DNA of 64,000 bases, from positions 27,716,001 to 27,780,000 of the forward strand of contig CM059433.1 of the NCBI GenBank assembly GCA_030390025.1. Reading direction: 5' to 3'. This document shows positions 12,486 to 25,357 of this stretch, piece by piece. Numbering within the stretch: position 1 is the first letter of the stretch; the number at the start of each line of letters is the position of its first letter. The DNA comes from Squalus acanthias. Its lineage: Eukaryota. The position numbers and the translations under genes were made by a program. Below the pieces are notes generated by a model. That model was not told the origin of the DNA, searched no databases, and saw only the letters and a list, made by a program, of their open reading frames with translations.

Positions 12486-12683
12486 CTGGATGAGAGAGAG
12501 ATGCAGTTGCTGCTGCCGTTGGCCGGTTTGTTCGAGCACATTCTTCCAGCGCAGGTTCAAACTTTCCAGCTTGCTCTGTAGGCTGCTGGCTTCCTCCACA
12601 TCGCTCGATTCGAGCAGATCATTTCCAGCTTTGCTCACAGTCTCCACTGTGGACTTGTGGGCTAGAACATCATTTTGTAGAAC
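12486..12683 (-). CDS. dst: dst exon ([10 protein letters not shown]...LHLSLIQ), 198 nt
   Basis: ttttag acceptor, CAG|GTAAGG donor. Confidence 0.93.
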
Positions 12684-14241
12684 CTAAAATACAAACTACA
12701 CTTTTAGAAGATCTTGGTTAATCCTGCTCATCCTGTGAGGAGGTGAGCCACACAAGTCAAGGAAGGCATTGGATTGTGTGCTGAGTTAACTGCTCCAAAG
12801 CAGGGCAGTAGTAGAGGTGATGCAATTGGCCTCAGTGAAGAGGCAAAACCAGCCCAAGATTCCCCTGATCACTGTCCAGTAACTCCTGTCGGACGCATGT
12901 GTGGACAACTACAATCTCAGGTATTGGGCTCTTGGGTGACTAAATAGCCTGTCACCACTGAATGCCAAGGCACACATTAACAATGTTCATTTGACAGGGC
13001 CCTGCAGTATCCAAGGAAAAGCAAACTAGACAAGGGACAGGAGGGTGGTGCAAATTGGTGATGAAGAGAACAACAAACCGTTAATTAACTAAGATTCACT
13101 AGGGGGATATTCACAGTCCTAGTGCTGGTGAAAAGTAGCTTTAGCTTTGCACACATGCTAAACTTGTGCGATGTAAATCGAGTCTTAAGACCCGAACTGA
13201 CTCCAAAGTGAAGCAGAATAATACGACCTACACTCCAGCTTCAGGCTGAGTTTACGCTCGAAGTGCAGTGTTGGTGCGACATAAAAGCATTCTGCGTCAA
13301 TGCTACAGCTGGGAGTGTAAAATATCATTATTTAATGTAAATGCAATGCAAGCTTACTGAAACTCTGCATACTAATTTGTAGTAGAATTTCTCCATTTAA
13401 AAAAAGTATGCCCACGACAGATATTAGTGGATTGCTCATTTGCCATTGCGTAGTAACATTCTCCCTTCCTACCATAAGAGTGAGGCCTTAGTCACTCGCG
13501 TATTCTTAAATTAAGTCCACAATCCGAATTACAAAGACAAATTATTCCAAGTTGATAACTGGTGCCTTGTTAAAATGCATAATTTGCATTACCAAAACAT
13601 CATCAATGAGAGAGATAAAAAGAAAAACTGCAAATGTAGGTCAGTCAGCATCCAAATGTGAAAAGTTAGGTCAATGTTTTGCATGGGATTCTTCGTCAGA
13701 ACTTTCAGTTCCCGTAGTGTTGATGCAATGTCCCACCCATTACATGAGAACCTCCTCTTTCAGGTACTGAGTGACCTGCTGTGTATTCCCAGCGGTCTGT
13801 ATTATTCTGTGGTGCCAACAGGATCATGGATTGAAGCTCAGCAATGCCCCTTTCATCCATTGCCTGGCCAACCCTTAAGGTGATCCTGCCACACAGCTCA
13901 TTTGAAAAGGAGGGAAGCAACACTATTTTAATCAATGAAATCCAAGCTGTTGATTCATGATCTCTGACAGGTTCCTTTTTAAACCTATCAGCAATCAGAT
14001 TTTTGGTTTTAAAAAGCACATTGAAGGGGAGAAAATTGCAGGGCTATGGGGGAACGAGCAGGGGGGGTAATGGGACTAAGAGCTGGCACAGGCACGATGG
14101 GCCGAATGGCCTCCTTCTGTGCTGTAAGATTCTATGATTAGCTGATTATATAAATCACGTGAACTGCACGTCTCCCCGAGAACTAAAAGGCTTAAAAAGT
14201 AGAATTGAAAAACGAGCAGTACAGAATGTGGCATTACGTAC

Positions 14242-14397
14242 GTGATGTTTGGCAATTGCAATTTCAATAGCTTTAGGATCTCCGCCAACAGCTTTTTGTT
14301 CATTTAGCAGCTCCTCGGTGTGGGTCAACCACGTCATCAGTTCATCCAGGGCATGCTGGAACTGCCCCAGAGCCAACAGAGCACCTTCCAGTTTATG
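14242..14397 (-). CDS. dst: dst exon ([10 protein letters not shown]...IAIAKHH), 156 nt
   Basis: ttgcag acceptor, CAC|GTACGT donor; LGQFQHAL and GDPKAIEI motifs. Confidence 0.93.
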
Positions 14398-14716
14398 CTG
14401 CAATTACAAAAGGATTAGGAATTTTACTCAACACTGGAATAAATGCCACTTAAACAATGCAGTCCTTCTATAAAAATCAAAACAAACATGTTCAAGTCTT
14501 CTCTCTGTTGAAGTTAAGACGACTGCATTTCAAGGGATAATTCCATCCTCCATTTACTAAATCACTCACGCGCCAGGCGAAGAGCTGGTGATCATTCTGG
14601 ATTCTGTTTGATGCACAATTTTAAAAAGGCAGAGTTTGGCGAGAGATCAAACTTTAGGCAATGGCTTTAGGCTGGGTTAACATTCACAGGCCCTTCGGCC
14701 ATCACAGATTTATTAC

Positions 14717-14890
14717 CTGTCGGTTGACGATTTTCCCGTCCAGATTTTCCCAGAGATGTTTCAGCTCGTGAAGAGGCTCCTGCATGACACGCTTGTCATC
14801 ATCTTCGCTCACCTTCTTCAGCAGCAATTCTCCCTGATGATTCAGTCGCTCCATTTCTATCTGCTGCTGATACGCCTCAGTCTTAAAGTG
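14717..14890 (-). CDS. dst: dst exon ([10 protein letters not shown]...KIVNRQ), 174 nt
   Basis: aacag acceptor, CAG|GTAATA donor. Confidence 0.92.
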
Positions 14891-15050
14891 CTGTTCAAGG
14901 TCAGAAATACACAAACATTGCAGGGTCAGTGTCAGACAACACTCCTTACAGATTCGTACACATTTAATTAGTGGCTTTGCAAAACCATAACTGATAACGA
15001 TCTTCAATTCTGCTCATCCGCAAAACTTTTAAAAATGCAGATTTATGTAC

Positions 15051-15152
15051 CTTGAGCTCAGCAATTTGTTGTTTCACCGTCTCCAGATCTGTACCAACCG
15101 GGGGCATTGTATTTAATTTACTCTCTGCAATGTCCATCCAGTCAAACATAGC
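15051..15152 (-). CDS. dst: dst exon (AMFDWMDIAE...QQIAELK), 102 nt
   Basis: ttcag acceptor, AAG|GTACAT donor. Confidence 0.92.
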
Positions 15153-16279
15153 CTGAATTTAAAAAAAAGACACACACACACAAACTGTTGATGTATTTTG
15201 TAGTACAGCACATCCAACACAGCATCCTGGGACTCCTGAAAACCACACAAAAATACTGCTAAGACTTCCATCATTAGTATTTGGTTGCTTTACGTTAATG
15301 GCTGTGCGGCGGAGTTGCTTAAAGTGGGATTGCCTACTCAGGTTACAGATACAGATGTTGAAATTAAATTGTTTGCAAATGTTCAGTCTTTGGGGGTGAA
15401 ACTGGAAATGGACGGGGACACAGAACAGGCCGATTCGCTTTTGCCGCCCATTACACCACACGCCCGATCTTCAGCTCCACTGAAGGGACTGAACATCGGG
15501 CGGGGCGTTCAACGGGAGACCAATACCACACCGCCTGTTTTGTATGTTCGCCCGTGTCCAATTTGTGTTCAGGGGGTTGCCGGGTGGCGGTTCTTGACTG
15601 TCCCAAATTATATTGTAAGACTATGTAATGGAACGCTCACCGGAGCACACCTCATTAAAAGCATGCTGAATGCTGGTCTCTCAGGGATCGACAGGAAAAA
15701 AAAGAGCACAGCGTGAATCTTACAACGTCTCACCTATGTGAAAATATCAAAAATTCTACTGAAACTGACACTTGATTACTGGGGCCGTGATTATCTAAAG
15801 TTCCTTTATCCATAGATGCAATTACCCAAACACTACGGTCCAATGATTTCTATTTCACTTACTCCTCCCCACGTCAGTTACTATTTTAGAGCTTTTCCTG
15901 TTCCCTATTTCAGTTGAAGTCACGGAACTTGGGAGACGAGAAATACCTATTGTTCACACGCTGCATTACCCCAACTTCTAATATTGTTTGCAGAGTTTAC
16001 TCCTAAGGGCCGATTCCCTGATCGGGCGTTCCAGAGGCACTTTGTGGAAGGGCTGGTTGGAAAACTGTGGGCCTGTAGCCTCTAATTTACAATCCAGTAA
16101 TTTAAATGGAGACAAAATTAACGGAAGTGGGCGTGTGATTTCTCGATCAGCGTCAGGAGGCCAGATTACCTTTAATATGCAGTTTATTTTATAATTAAAT
16201 GGAAAACTATTGTTAATTCAAGTGATCAAGCAAGAGGCTTCAAGCTTTATAAACCAATTTAAAAATGAGAACACGATAC

Positions 16280-16381
16280 CTGCAGTGCATCCTGGAACTG
16301 AACTGCCTCCTGCATTGCATCATCCAGCCTGTCAATGCGATCTTTCCACGCCTTGTTCAGATTGTCCCAGGTACAATTCAG
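16280..16381 (-). CDS. dst: dst exon ([10 protein letters not shown]...FQDALQ), 102 nt
   Basis: tttgtag acceptor, CAG|GTATCG donor; translated by hand. Confidence 0.92.
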
Positions 16382-17213
16382 CTACAAATAGAAAATAGGA
16401 AACAAACATATTTATGACAGACCAACAAACTAGGATCCTTCCTTAAAAACCAAAATAACACATTCAATAAACTTGCCGATAATGATGCTCCAACAATTAG
16501 GATTATAAAGTTTACACAATTAAACATCATTTGCATTGCTACTGAAAAACTAATGGACACATTTTCTTCCCCGTTTCCTACCCCATTCCAATGTTATCCC
16601 CTTATCTCCTGAAAATGCTGACTCTTGCTGGGAACAGTTCACAGAATGCCACACACCCTCCTCTACCTCACTCAAGTGTCCATTCTTCATGTGGCAGCCT
16701 ACTGCAGTTGACCAGGGGGACATCACAGTAGAGGCTGCCGCGTTTCCTACATTACAATAGTGACTGCCCTTCAAAAGTACTTCATTGGCTGTAAAGCACT
16801 ATGAGGGACATCCTGAGGTCACAAAAGGCGCAATAAAGTGCAAAAAAGACAAACATGCCATTAGCAACAGGTGCACCGCACACCCATCACCACCTGGCAA
16901 AACAAAGAGGAACTCAGCACCTCGAACTGCTTCCAGAACCTGCTCTGTCACGGGTCCTGAGAGCTGCCAGATGCAATAACGCAGACTGCCATCCTACTGC
17001 CCCCTGCATTAGGCCTATCATGACCAACAGCATGGTGCCCACCAGAACGAGGAGGGAGCCAATCGTAGGTTGTCGATTCCCACTCGAGTGCTGCCTTCAG
17101 TCATCATAACCAACGCAAAAGTGTCTGTTTAAAATGTTTGTTTCTGCACACAAATGAACTAGGGCTTGTCCCTGAACACCCTATCTCAACATTCAAATAA
17201 AGACGCTGACAAC

Positions 17214-17373
17214 CAATTTTCCCCCTAAGGTGCGCGGGCACCATGGCCGCACATCGACCGGGAGGTCCCACGCAGGCCGTTCACCAGCCGTTGCCGCTGG
17301 AAAGAATACCGTGCATGCGTGGCCGCACAAAGGAACCGCGCACAAAAAAGAAAATTAATTAGAGGGAACATTA
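17214..17373. mobile_element. hAT-type MITE (copy 3)
   Basis: CAATTTTCCC...AGGGAACATTA ends, TSD CTGACAAC/ATGAAAAC (6/8). Confidence 0.78.
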
Positions 17374-17540
17374 ATGAAAACTAGCCTTCACCCATCACGT
17401 AGCATTGTAAAGTGCGTACGGTTTAACACTCATCACTAGGCTAAGCATCCTAACAGATACATTATTGAAAGGAGGGTTTCAATGGACAATGGCTCTTTAG
17501 CCTGTGTGTATAACTATCCGAGACACAGATGTATGCACAC

Positions 17541-17663
17541 CTCGTCTATGTTTTTCTTCACTACGGGCTTATCTGGCTCGCCACAGGCTGAGGTCAATTC
17601 GGCTCCAAGGTTCTGAACAATCTCCAGCTCCTCCTGAAGCCCGTCTATTTCTTCTTTGATCGT
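17541..17663 (-). CDS. dst: dst exon ([10 protein letters not shown]...VKKNIDE), 123 nt
   Basis: tttctag acceptor, GAG|GTGTGC donor; ACGEPDKP motif; translated by hand. Confidence 0.92.
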
Positions 17664-19570
17664 CTAGAAAGGAAAAAAGTCAAATAAAAATAACAGATCC
17701 ATAAAATGATTAAACAGAGAAAAATCTTACAAAACGAGAAAAATCTCTCAAAGTGAGCAGTGGCCCCTCTAATGACTCTTCCCAATATAGCCTACATTTC
17801 TCAAACACCTTTCTCTTGCACTGCAAGATAAACATTTCCTCCAATCCCCTCTTGAAGGCTAGATTATGGTTCCACAGGTACCAGTCACCCCCTTGCCCAG
17901 TCGCCAGTACTCATGTCTCAGCTTGGACAATGCATGTCAATGGACTCATTGACTGCGGGGCGTATCACAGCTGAACTTGAATCTGTCCTCCCAGACATCC
18001 ACAGACACGCACTTCTAGCAGGGGTTGTTGGGCAGTGATGTAGGAGCAGGAAACCTGGCCAGTATCCCCCTCTCTAACCTGGAACACTGAGTCCGATCAA
18101 TGCACCTTGACCACCACCCCAGCTCAGATCTATTGGCTCAGCACTGACCAAACAGTGAGAATTCATCTTTGCGGCGTTTCCAGTTAATTCTTTTAATTAA
18201 GGAAACATAACAAGATGTGTGAACTAATGGAAGCTACTGTATATTCATTAAAGCTTCCCATCAGTGTTCCAAACTTTTGGTCCTACACCTGTACAAAGTA
18301 AGAAACTGTTCACACAATTCAACAATGATAAATAACGTTGCAAAAATTTAGTGGTGTTGCTTTGCAAACTGAGGGCGCTGCACAACTCAAGAGCCTGCTC
18401 CGCCATTCGATTAGATCATGGTTGATCTGAGAACAATAAAACCTTCTCAATGGGAATAGTCTCAGGACAGGAATACACACATTTCATCCAACTGTGTCTA
18501 TTAAACACACTGGAAACTGTATGAGGATTAAATAGTTGCCCAGGAATATGTTCCCACGAACTGTGCTTTTATTAACCAGGGACAAGCACCCCGCGTTTGG
18601 ATACAGGTTCGGATACAATTCAATCAAAACAAATTCAAACATTTTATATGATGTTTGGACCGTTCCCTGTAATTTAGACACCATTACAGTGCTGTCTCTG
18701 GAATAGGAATGAGGCTATGTACGTGATTCCAGAACAACACATCATGAGATGGTTGCATTACCTGCCTCTGGGGTAAAATGGTGGCTGGACAAAGATAAAT
18801 GGGAACCTCCGGTACCCATTATATACTGACTGTAGCCAACCCAACTCCCAGCTCACTCTTCACATCAGCAATGCTGTTTTGACATTACTAACCTGTAGAG
18901 ACTTGCCTCTTCCCCCACCCTAACAGCCACTAATGGTCAAGTTGGGCATTAACAAAACCTCCTCTAACTTCATAGACACAATTGATTAAACCTATTTTTA
19001 ACTAGGATAACTTTGCTACAGCATCAGCTCCTTAGGTTACCTCAGTGACGTGAGGTAACTTTTGCAGAGAGTCTGGATGACACAATCATGGATAAAAGTG
19101 GAAAGCTCAAAGACTATTTAAGTTATTGTTGAATTGAATTGGTATCCAGAATACAGAAAATAAACATCACAACTTCTTGAACTAAACGTACTCATCCAAA
19201 ATTAAACTTAAAAAAATTCTTCTTCATTAATAAAACAAACTGCAAACGTTGAAGTCTGAATTAAAAACAAGAGATTGCCAGAAATACAAAAGGATGTCAA
19301 TCAGACTCTGTAGAGAAAACGGACTGGTTACGGCATTTAGTGTGTTTACCCATCACCATCCTTCTTCACCGAGTTCCCTTACAGAATCCTCTCTTTCAGC
19401 TATCGAACGTGTACCTCCACACGGCTGAACATCCAATTTAAATCTTTCAAACTCGGTGCGATTCCAGAGCAATGTGAGTGTGCAATTAAGATTGCGGTAA
19501 TCCAAAATGGTATCCAAATGAATACAGAATTCTAATCTTCTCCAACAGCGAGAGTAAAAGCAAAAATAAA

Positions 19571-20388
19571 TAATGTGGATAAATGCGAGGTTATCCACTT
19601 TGGTGTCAAAAACAGGAAGGCAGATTATTATCTGAATGGCAATAGATTGGAGAAGGGGAAGTGCAACGAGACCTGGGTGTCCTTGTGCACCAATCGCTGA
19701 AGGTAAGCATGCAGGTGCAGCAGGCGGTAAAGAAGGCAAATGGTATGTTGGCCTTCGTAGCGAAAGGGTTCGAGTACAGGAACAAGGATGTCTTGCTGCA
19801 GTTGTACAGGGCCTTGGTGAGACCACACCTTGAGTACTGTGTGCAGTTTTGGTCGCCTTATCTGAGGAAGGATGTTCTTGCCATGGAGGGAGTGCAGCGA
19901 AGATTCACCAGGCTGATACCCGGGATGGCAGGAATGGCGTATGAGGAGAGATTGGGTCGATTGGGCTTATATTCACTGGAGTTTAGAAGAATGAGAGGGG
20001 ATCTCATTGAAACTTATAAAATTCTAACAGGACTAGACAGACTAGATGCGGGAAGGATGTTCCCGATGGCCGGGGAGTCCAGAACCAGGGGTCACAGTCT
20101 AAGGATAAGGGGTAAGCCATTTAGGACTGAGATGAGGAGGAATTTCTTCACCCAGAGAGTGGTGAACCTGTGGAATTCTCTACCACAGAAGGCAGTAGAG
20201 GCCAATTCATTAAATATATTCAAGAAGGAGTTAGATATATTTCTTAAAGCTAAAGGGATCAAGGGATATGGAGAGAAGGCAGGGACAGGGTACTGAGTTT
20301 GGATGATCAGCCATGATCTCATTGAATGGCGGAGCAGGCTCGAGGGGCTGAATGGCCTACTCCTGCTCCTATCTTCTATGTTTCTATG
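19571..20388 (+). mobile_element. 5'-truncated young CR1 LINE with open ORF2 C-terminus (19661..20296) and intact 3' UTR
   Basis: LYRALVRPHLEYCVQFWSPY motif, stop-free 211 aa, ttctatg tail repeats. Confidence 0.93.
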
Positions 20389-20832
20389 GAACGCCATCAG
20401 TTTATAGTTCTATGATGTGAAGCACTCGGATTGCTGTGTGGACTTTGGGCTTGGATGTAAACCCAGACCAACTGTCACAGCAGGTGACAGTCATCAACCT
20501 CACTCCCGATGAAGACCCTTGATGACTCATTCAGGTCTGCAGCATCTACATAACATACCCTCCTACGGACCTGCCATCCCCATTTTTGAGAGACTGGAGA
20601 GCTACAGTTCAAAAACAGTAATGCATCATTCTACCACAGTCACCATCTCTGTACTGGTAATACTACCAAGCTACATATTATAAAAATTTGGGAGCATGAA
20701 TTCCTCTGTGTGTTGCATGTATACACATTTGCAGAACATAGTTACATATGTAGCACACTAAGGATATCTTCCCAATGGGAGGGTACAAGAACCTGGAATA
20801 CCAAAGGCCAACAATACAAGAGGTTTCCTGAC

Positions 20833-21059
20833 CTCGAGAGCCTCTTGCTGCTCTTTAACAACAGATGGATCTATTCCGGGTTCCTCCAGTTCTCGGATCA
20901 AGTCCTGAGTGTCCTTAATGGTGACAATAAGGGCGGAATGATCACACCAGAATTTTTCCGCCAGGTCCATCACATCAAGCAGCTTGGCCTCTCGTTCCTC
21001 CGCCCGGGCTTTGATGTCCGCCCAGTAGAAAACCATTTTGTCCAACTGGTCTTGAACAG
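20833..21059 (-). CDS. dst: dst exon (A-VQDQLDKM...EQQEALE), 227 nt, phase 1 to 0
   Basis: tttttcag acceptor, GAG|GTCAGG donor; LAEKFWCDH motif. Confidence 0.93.
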
Positions 21060-21123
21060 CTGAAAAACACAATAATCTCATCAGAAACTGTCCATCAGTC
21101 CGGTCATGTTAATTTATAGGTGG

Positions 21124-21480
21124 GGTACGGTGGTGTAATGGTTATGTTACTGGACGAGTAATCCAGAGGCCTGGACTACTAAGCCAGAGAACACGTTTGG
21201 GAATTTGAATTCAGTTTTAAAAAATCTGGAAATCTGGAAGTAAACGTGACCGTGAAGCTGTTGAATTGTCTTAACAAACCCAATGTCAGGAATGTCCTTT
21301 AGGGAAGAAAGTCTGCTGTCCTTACCCGGTCTGGCCTAATTTTTGACTCCCAGCATGGTTGGCTGTGAACTGCCCTCTGAAGTGGCCTTGCAAGCCCCTC
21401 AGTTGTATCAAACCTCATGGGATGGACAGTAAATGCCAGCCTTGCCAGCGACACCCACAGCCGGAGAATGAATTTAAAAA
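21124..21480 (+). mobile_element. tRNA-derived SINE (second family), degenerate
   Basis: A-box-like tggtgtaatgg head, ends aatgaatttaaaaa. Confidence 0.6.
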
Positions 21481-21543
21481 CTGTCTGGAAAGACAGATTT
21501 TTAGCATATGAAGATTTTCACTCGCACTTGGATTTGAGACTTA

Positions 21544-22435
21544 GGGGAGAAATTCGGTATCGCTCCGTTTGGGGCGCAATTATCAGCTGGGCGCAAAGTT
21601 TAGCGCCTGGCGCTAATTATCGCCTCCAACTGCAAACTTGGCCTTTATCGCCCCTGGAGGTGATTTCAGCGCTAAATCAGGCGCTACACACCTCTCTTAA
21701 GGCGCTAATGCCGAGGAGCGAGGTGCTACCTCAGAGCGCTGGTGAAGCTCATGTGATGTCAGTCAGCAATGGAACACAGACACACTGGCGCCGGCCAGTT
21801 CTTAAAGGGGAGGGTAGATCTTGCTCTCCAGCCACACACTGCTCATTGCAGCCTTGAATCTCGGCCTGGAGAGACCTGTACATCAATTCTGCTGGAAAGA
21901 ACAATGGAGAGACCCAGGGAAAGAGCTCAGAGTGCAGCCCCCAAAATCTCTTCTAAATCGATGCAAGGAAGGTCAAATCAAAATGAACCTGCAAAGTGCT
22001 GCTCAGTACCCAAAACTCCTTCACACAGCGTTGAATCTCTCCAGAAGTCAGTCTCTCTCTCTCTGAATGCGTTCTGCAAAAATGTCACCAACAAAAAAAG
22101 GCAGGAAGCGGCCGCCTTTAAATAGCGCTCCCCCAGTCCCTTCCCGACTGCAAAACGTTCCCCTCTACCTGTCGTTGCTAGCGGCAGTCGGAAAGGCAGG
22201 GGGCGCCACTCAATATCCGGTCCAGGGCGCTACCGGGACATTGCACGCTCGACTGACGTCACGATCTGTGGGCGCAGGAAATCGTGGCGGTAGTGTTTAG
22301 CACCACTGCAAAATGCCTGGTCAATTTTGCGAGCGGCGCAAACATTGCCGCGCCCGGGCGCTAGTTGCTTTGCGCCCCATTAGCGCCCTCTTAGGGGGCT
22401 AACGGGAGGCGCTAATCAACCGAATTTTTCCCCCC
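21544..22435. mobile_element. PIF/Harbinger-like non-autonomous element (~890 bp)
   Basis: TIR GGGGAGAAATTCGGT / ACCGAATTTTTCCCCCC, TTA TSD on both sides, CpG-rich GGCGC subterminal motifs. Confidence 0.8.
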
Positions 22436-22470
22436 TTACATTTTAAAATAAGTTTGTCAACAAACTGAAT

Positions 22471-22550
22471 GTACCTCACCGGTCCATCACCGTACCTCAC
22501 CAGTTAGTCACCGTACCTCACCAGTTAGTCACTGTACCTCACCAGTTAGT
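22471..22550. repeat. 21-bp tandem repeat, ~3.8 copies
   Basis: gtacctcaccagttagtcacc units at 22471, 22492, 22513, 22534. Confidence 0.9.
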
Positions 22551-22632
22551 GCCCGATGCATCATTTTGTTGAATCACAGGTAGATAAAAATTATAAAAAG
22601 GGCTATTTCTACCTCTGTTATATCAGAATTAC

Positions 22633-22864
22633 CTTTTGCACAAAAGTCTTTGTCGGTTCCTTCAGAACGCCCAATCAGCTCATCGCCTCGCTGCTTAAGG
22701 GTTTCAAACGCTGGCTGCAACTTATCTAGTTCCATGGTCACATTTTTGTTTTCACTGATCTGCTCTCGGATTTTCTCCACCTCAGCCGAGATGGAAGGCG
22801 GTTGTCTTAATCGGGCAGCGATGCTTTCCAGTGCCTCGAGCATGGGGATGATCTTGTCGTGGAA
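22633..22864 (-). CDS. dst: dst exon ([10 protein letters not shown]...DKDFCAK-A), 232 nt, phase 0 to 1
   Basis: tttacag acceptor, AAG|GTAATT donor. Confidence 0.93.
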
Positions 22865-22989
22865 CTGTAAAACGGTCGGAACACCAGATCGATCAGTAAC
22901 GGCACATCACAGACGAGCAGGATTACTGCTCTTCAACAGGTGTCCGAGGTGAAAATCAGGCACCACGGTTTTCAGTTACTTATAGATAG

Positions 22990-23245
22990 CAACAACAACA
23001 CCATGCATTCATATAGCGCAATGAACCTAGTAAAACGACCCATGGTGCTACACAGGAGCGTTAAATTTGACACCAAGCAAATAAGGAGATATTAGGACAG
23101 GTGACAGGATTTAAGGAGCGTCTTAAAGGAGGAAAGAGAGGCAGAGAGGTTTAGGGAGGGAATTCCAGAGTTTAGGGCCTAGGTAGCTGAAGGCACGGTC
23201 GCCAATAGTGGAGCAATAGAAATCAGGGATGTGCAAGAGGCACGT
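22990..23245 (-). mobile_element. L2-type LINE 3' end
   Basis: Homologous to 32350..32790 and 57105..57570. Confidence 0.7.
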
Positions 23246-23264
23246 TTACAAGGAAGTCTGCAGA

Positions 23265-24250
23265 ATCATAAAGATTACAGCACAGGAGGAGGCCACTCAG
23301 CCCACTGTGCATGTGCCAGCTCTTGAAGTGGAGTTATTGAACTCTACCCACATTTTCCTGTATATTCTTCCTTCACTAATTTCTTTCAAATGATATTATA
23401 GCCTCTGCTTCAATGGACACTTGTGGTAAAACAGTGCATGTTCTAATAATTAGTTGTGAGAAAAATTTCTTCCAGCTTCCCCCTTCATTCTTCTCATGCT
23501 AATCCTGAGTTTATGGCTCCTTGTTACTGATTTACTACCATTCACTCTCACAATTGTGAAAATCTGTTAGATTTCCCCCCACCAACTCCATTCCAGTTGA
23601 AGAGGCCCAACTCTTTCAGCATTTCTTCAAGAATTGTAACCTCTCATTTCAGTTATCACTCTCCTGAATCTTTGCTATACCACTTTCGTGATTCCAATAT
23701 CCATCTTTAGACGAAGTGCCCAGAATGCACATAATACTCCAAGTGTCTTGTACAAATTCAGCAGCAATTCCTTATTCTTTTTCTTTCAATGCCTTTGCAT
23801 ATAAAACTCAGTTTAACATTTGTCTTTTCTACTGTCCCTCCCACTTTGAAGATCTCCCTGTTCCTTAAGAATCTTACTAGGTGGGTAGCTTTCCTTTCAC
23901 GATTTGACATTTCTCCACACTGAACTGCTTCTATTACCTATCTGCCCATTTTGTCCTCCTGCATTCTCCCTCAGATTGCCACGCCCCAATCCTTGTATCT
24001 TCAGCAACTTCAAATCATTCCTTTAATGCCCATGTCCAAATCATTAATAGAAATGGAGATAAGTGGAGCCCCCAGTACAAACCCCTGAGCACAAAGATGT
24101 TTTCCCCTGTACTCTGTCCTCTATCCATGTAGCTACATTCCCTTCAATACCATTTGCCTTCATTTTTGCAATGTCTTTTTATCAAATGCCTGCTAAAAAT
24201 CCAGATAGAAAGCCTCCACTGAAATCCCTTTATATATTCGCCAGATGATT
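23265..24250 (-). mobile_element. Old degraded CR1 fragment
   Basis: CR1-like tail at 23265 followed by decayed ORF2-like sequence. Confidence 0.55.
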
Positions 24251-24587
24251 TGCTCAAAGCACATTATCTCCTTACAACTTCATGCAGCCTGGGACCAACA
24301 AGCCCAGGCTTTTTGAAGCGCTTATTAAATCCATCCCGTATTATGGGCTCTAGAACCAATGACTTTGATGTTCTGCTGGTGTCGCCACATTTTAAGAGCC
24401 AGGATTTCGGAGGCTGCACTCGTGAGCAGCGCTGGCCTGGTTAAGGGGTTTAAACATATTTTAATTGATTCCACGCTGGATCCTGCAGCTGTCTCACTGG
24501 CCATGATACTCGCCCATTTGTACCAGGAAGTGGATGACCAAAGCTGAGGGAGTAAACTTTGTGACAGTATCACTTGATTCTTGGTGG

Positions 24588-24813
24588 CCAGGATACGGAG
24601 ATGCCGGTGTTGGACTGGGGTGGACAAAAATGAGAAGTCGCACAACACCAGGTTATAGTCCAACAGTTTTATTTGAAATCACGAGCTTTCGGAGCATATG
24701 CTTTGCTGATTTGTATTCCTTCACTTTACCTGACGAAGGAGCAGCGCTCCGAAAGCTTGTGATTTCAAATAAAACTGTTGGACTATAACCTGGTGTTGTG
24801 CGACTTCTCATTT
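24588..24813. mobile_element. Penelope-like (inverted pLTR) hairpin insertion
   Basis: 71-bp inverted arms (24625-24695 / 24746-24816, one mismatch), 14-bp flanking direct repeat TTGATTCTTGGTGG. Confidence 0.75.
24726..24762 (+). ncRNA. Minimal type I hammerhead ribozyme motif
   Basis: TTAC-CTGACGA-A-GGAGC-AGC-GCTCC-GAAA-GCTT-GTGA: CUGANGA and GAAA cores, stem II, palindromic AAGCTT stem III, short stem I. Confidence 0.6.
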
Positions 24814-25046
24814 TTGATTCTTGGTGGGAGAGCTAGATGCCTATTGCTCATCTTATTGCTTTTATCCTTATTTTATTGGTGCTTTTATTTTTTACATTGC
24901 AAGACTTTTAATTCCAACTCTTGCTTGCAGCAACTAAAGAACTGAAATTCCTATGGGCGGCGAGGAGTGGTCCTAAATTTGGAGGAGGACAGGCAGATCT
25001 CGAAGAGACAGAAAGACAGGTGCGACTGTACTTTACACGTTATGGA

Positions 25047-25357
25047 CATCACAGAATCCCCACAGTGCAGATAGAGGCCATTTCGGCCCATCGAGCCTGC
25101 ACCGACACATATCCCACCCTATCCCCGTAACCCCACGTATTTAATCCCCCTAACACTAAGGGTCAATTTATCACAGCCAAATCAACCTAACCCACACATC
25201 TTTGGACTGTGGGAGGAAACCGGAGCACCCGGAGGAAACCCACGCAGACACGGGGAGAATGTGCAAACTCCATACAGACAGTCACCCGTGGCCGGATTCG
25301 AACCCGGGTCCCTGGCGCTGTGAGGCAACAGTGCTAACCACTATGCCACCGTGTTGC
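25047..25357 (-). mobile_element. HE1-like V-SINE (tRNA head, V domain, CR1-derived tail), near full length
   Basis: Minus-strand A box TGGCATAGTGG, B box GGTTCGAATCC; V-domain gtgggtttcctccgggtgctccggtttcctcccacagtccaaaga. Confidence 0.88.

Noticed and set aside
19661..20296. 211-aa ORF as an independent host gene
   Set aside because: It is the C-terminus of CR1 ORF2 in a 5'-truncated insertion.
25290..25357. tRNA gene
   Set aside because: A and B boxes are the head of a SINE with V domain and LINE tail; no complete cloverleaf seen.
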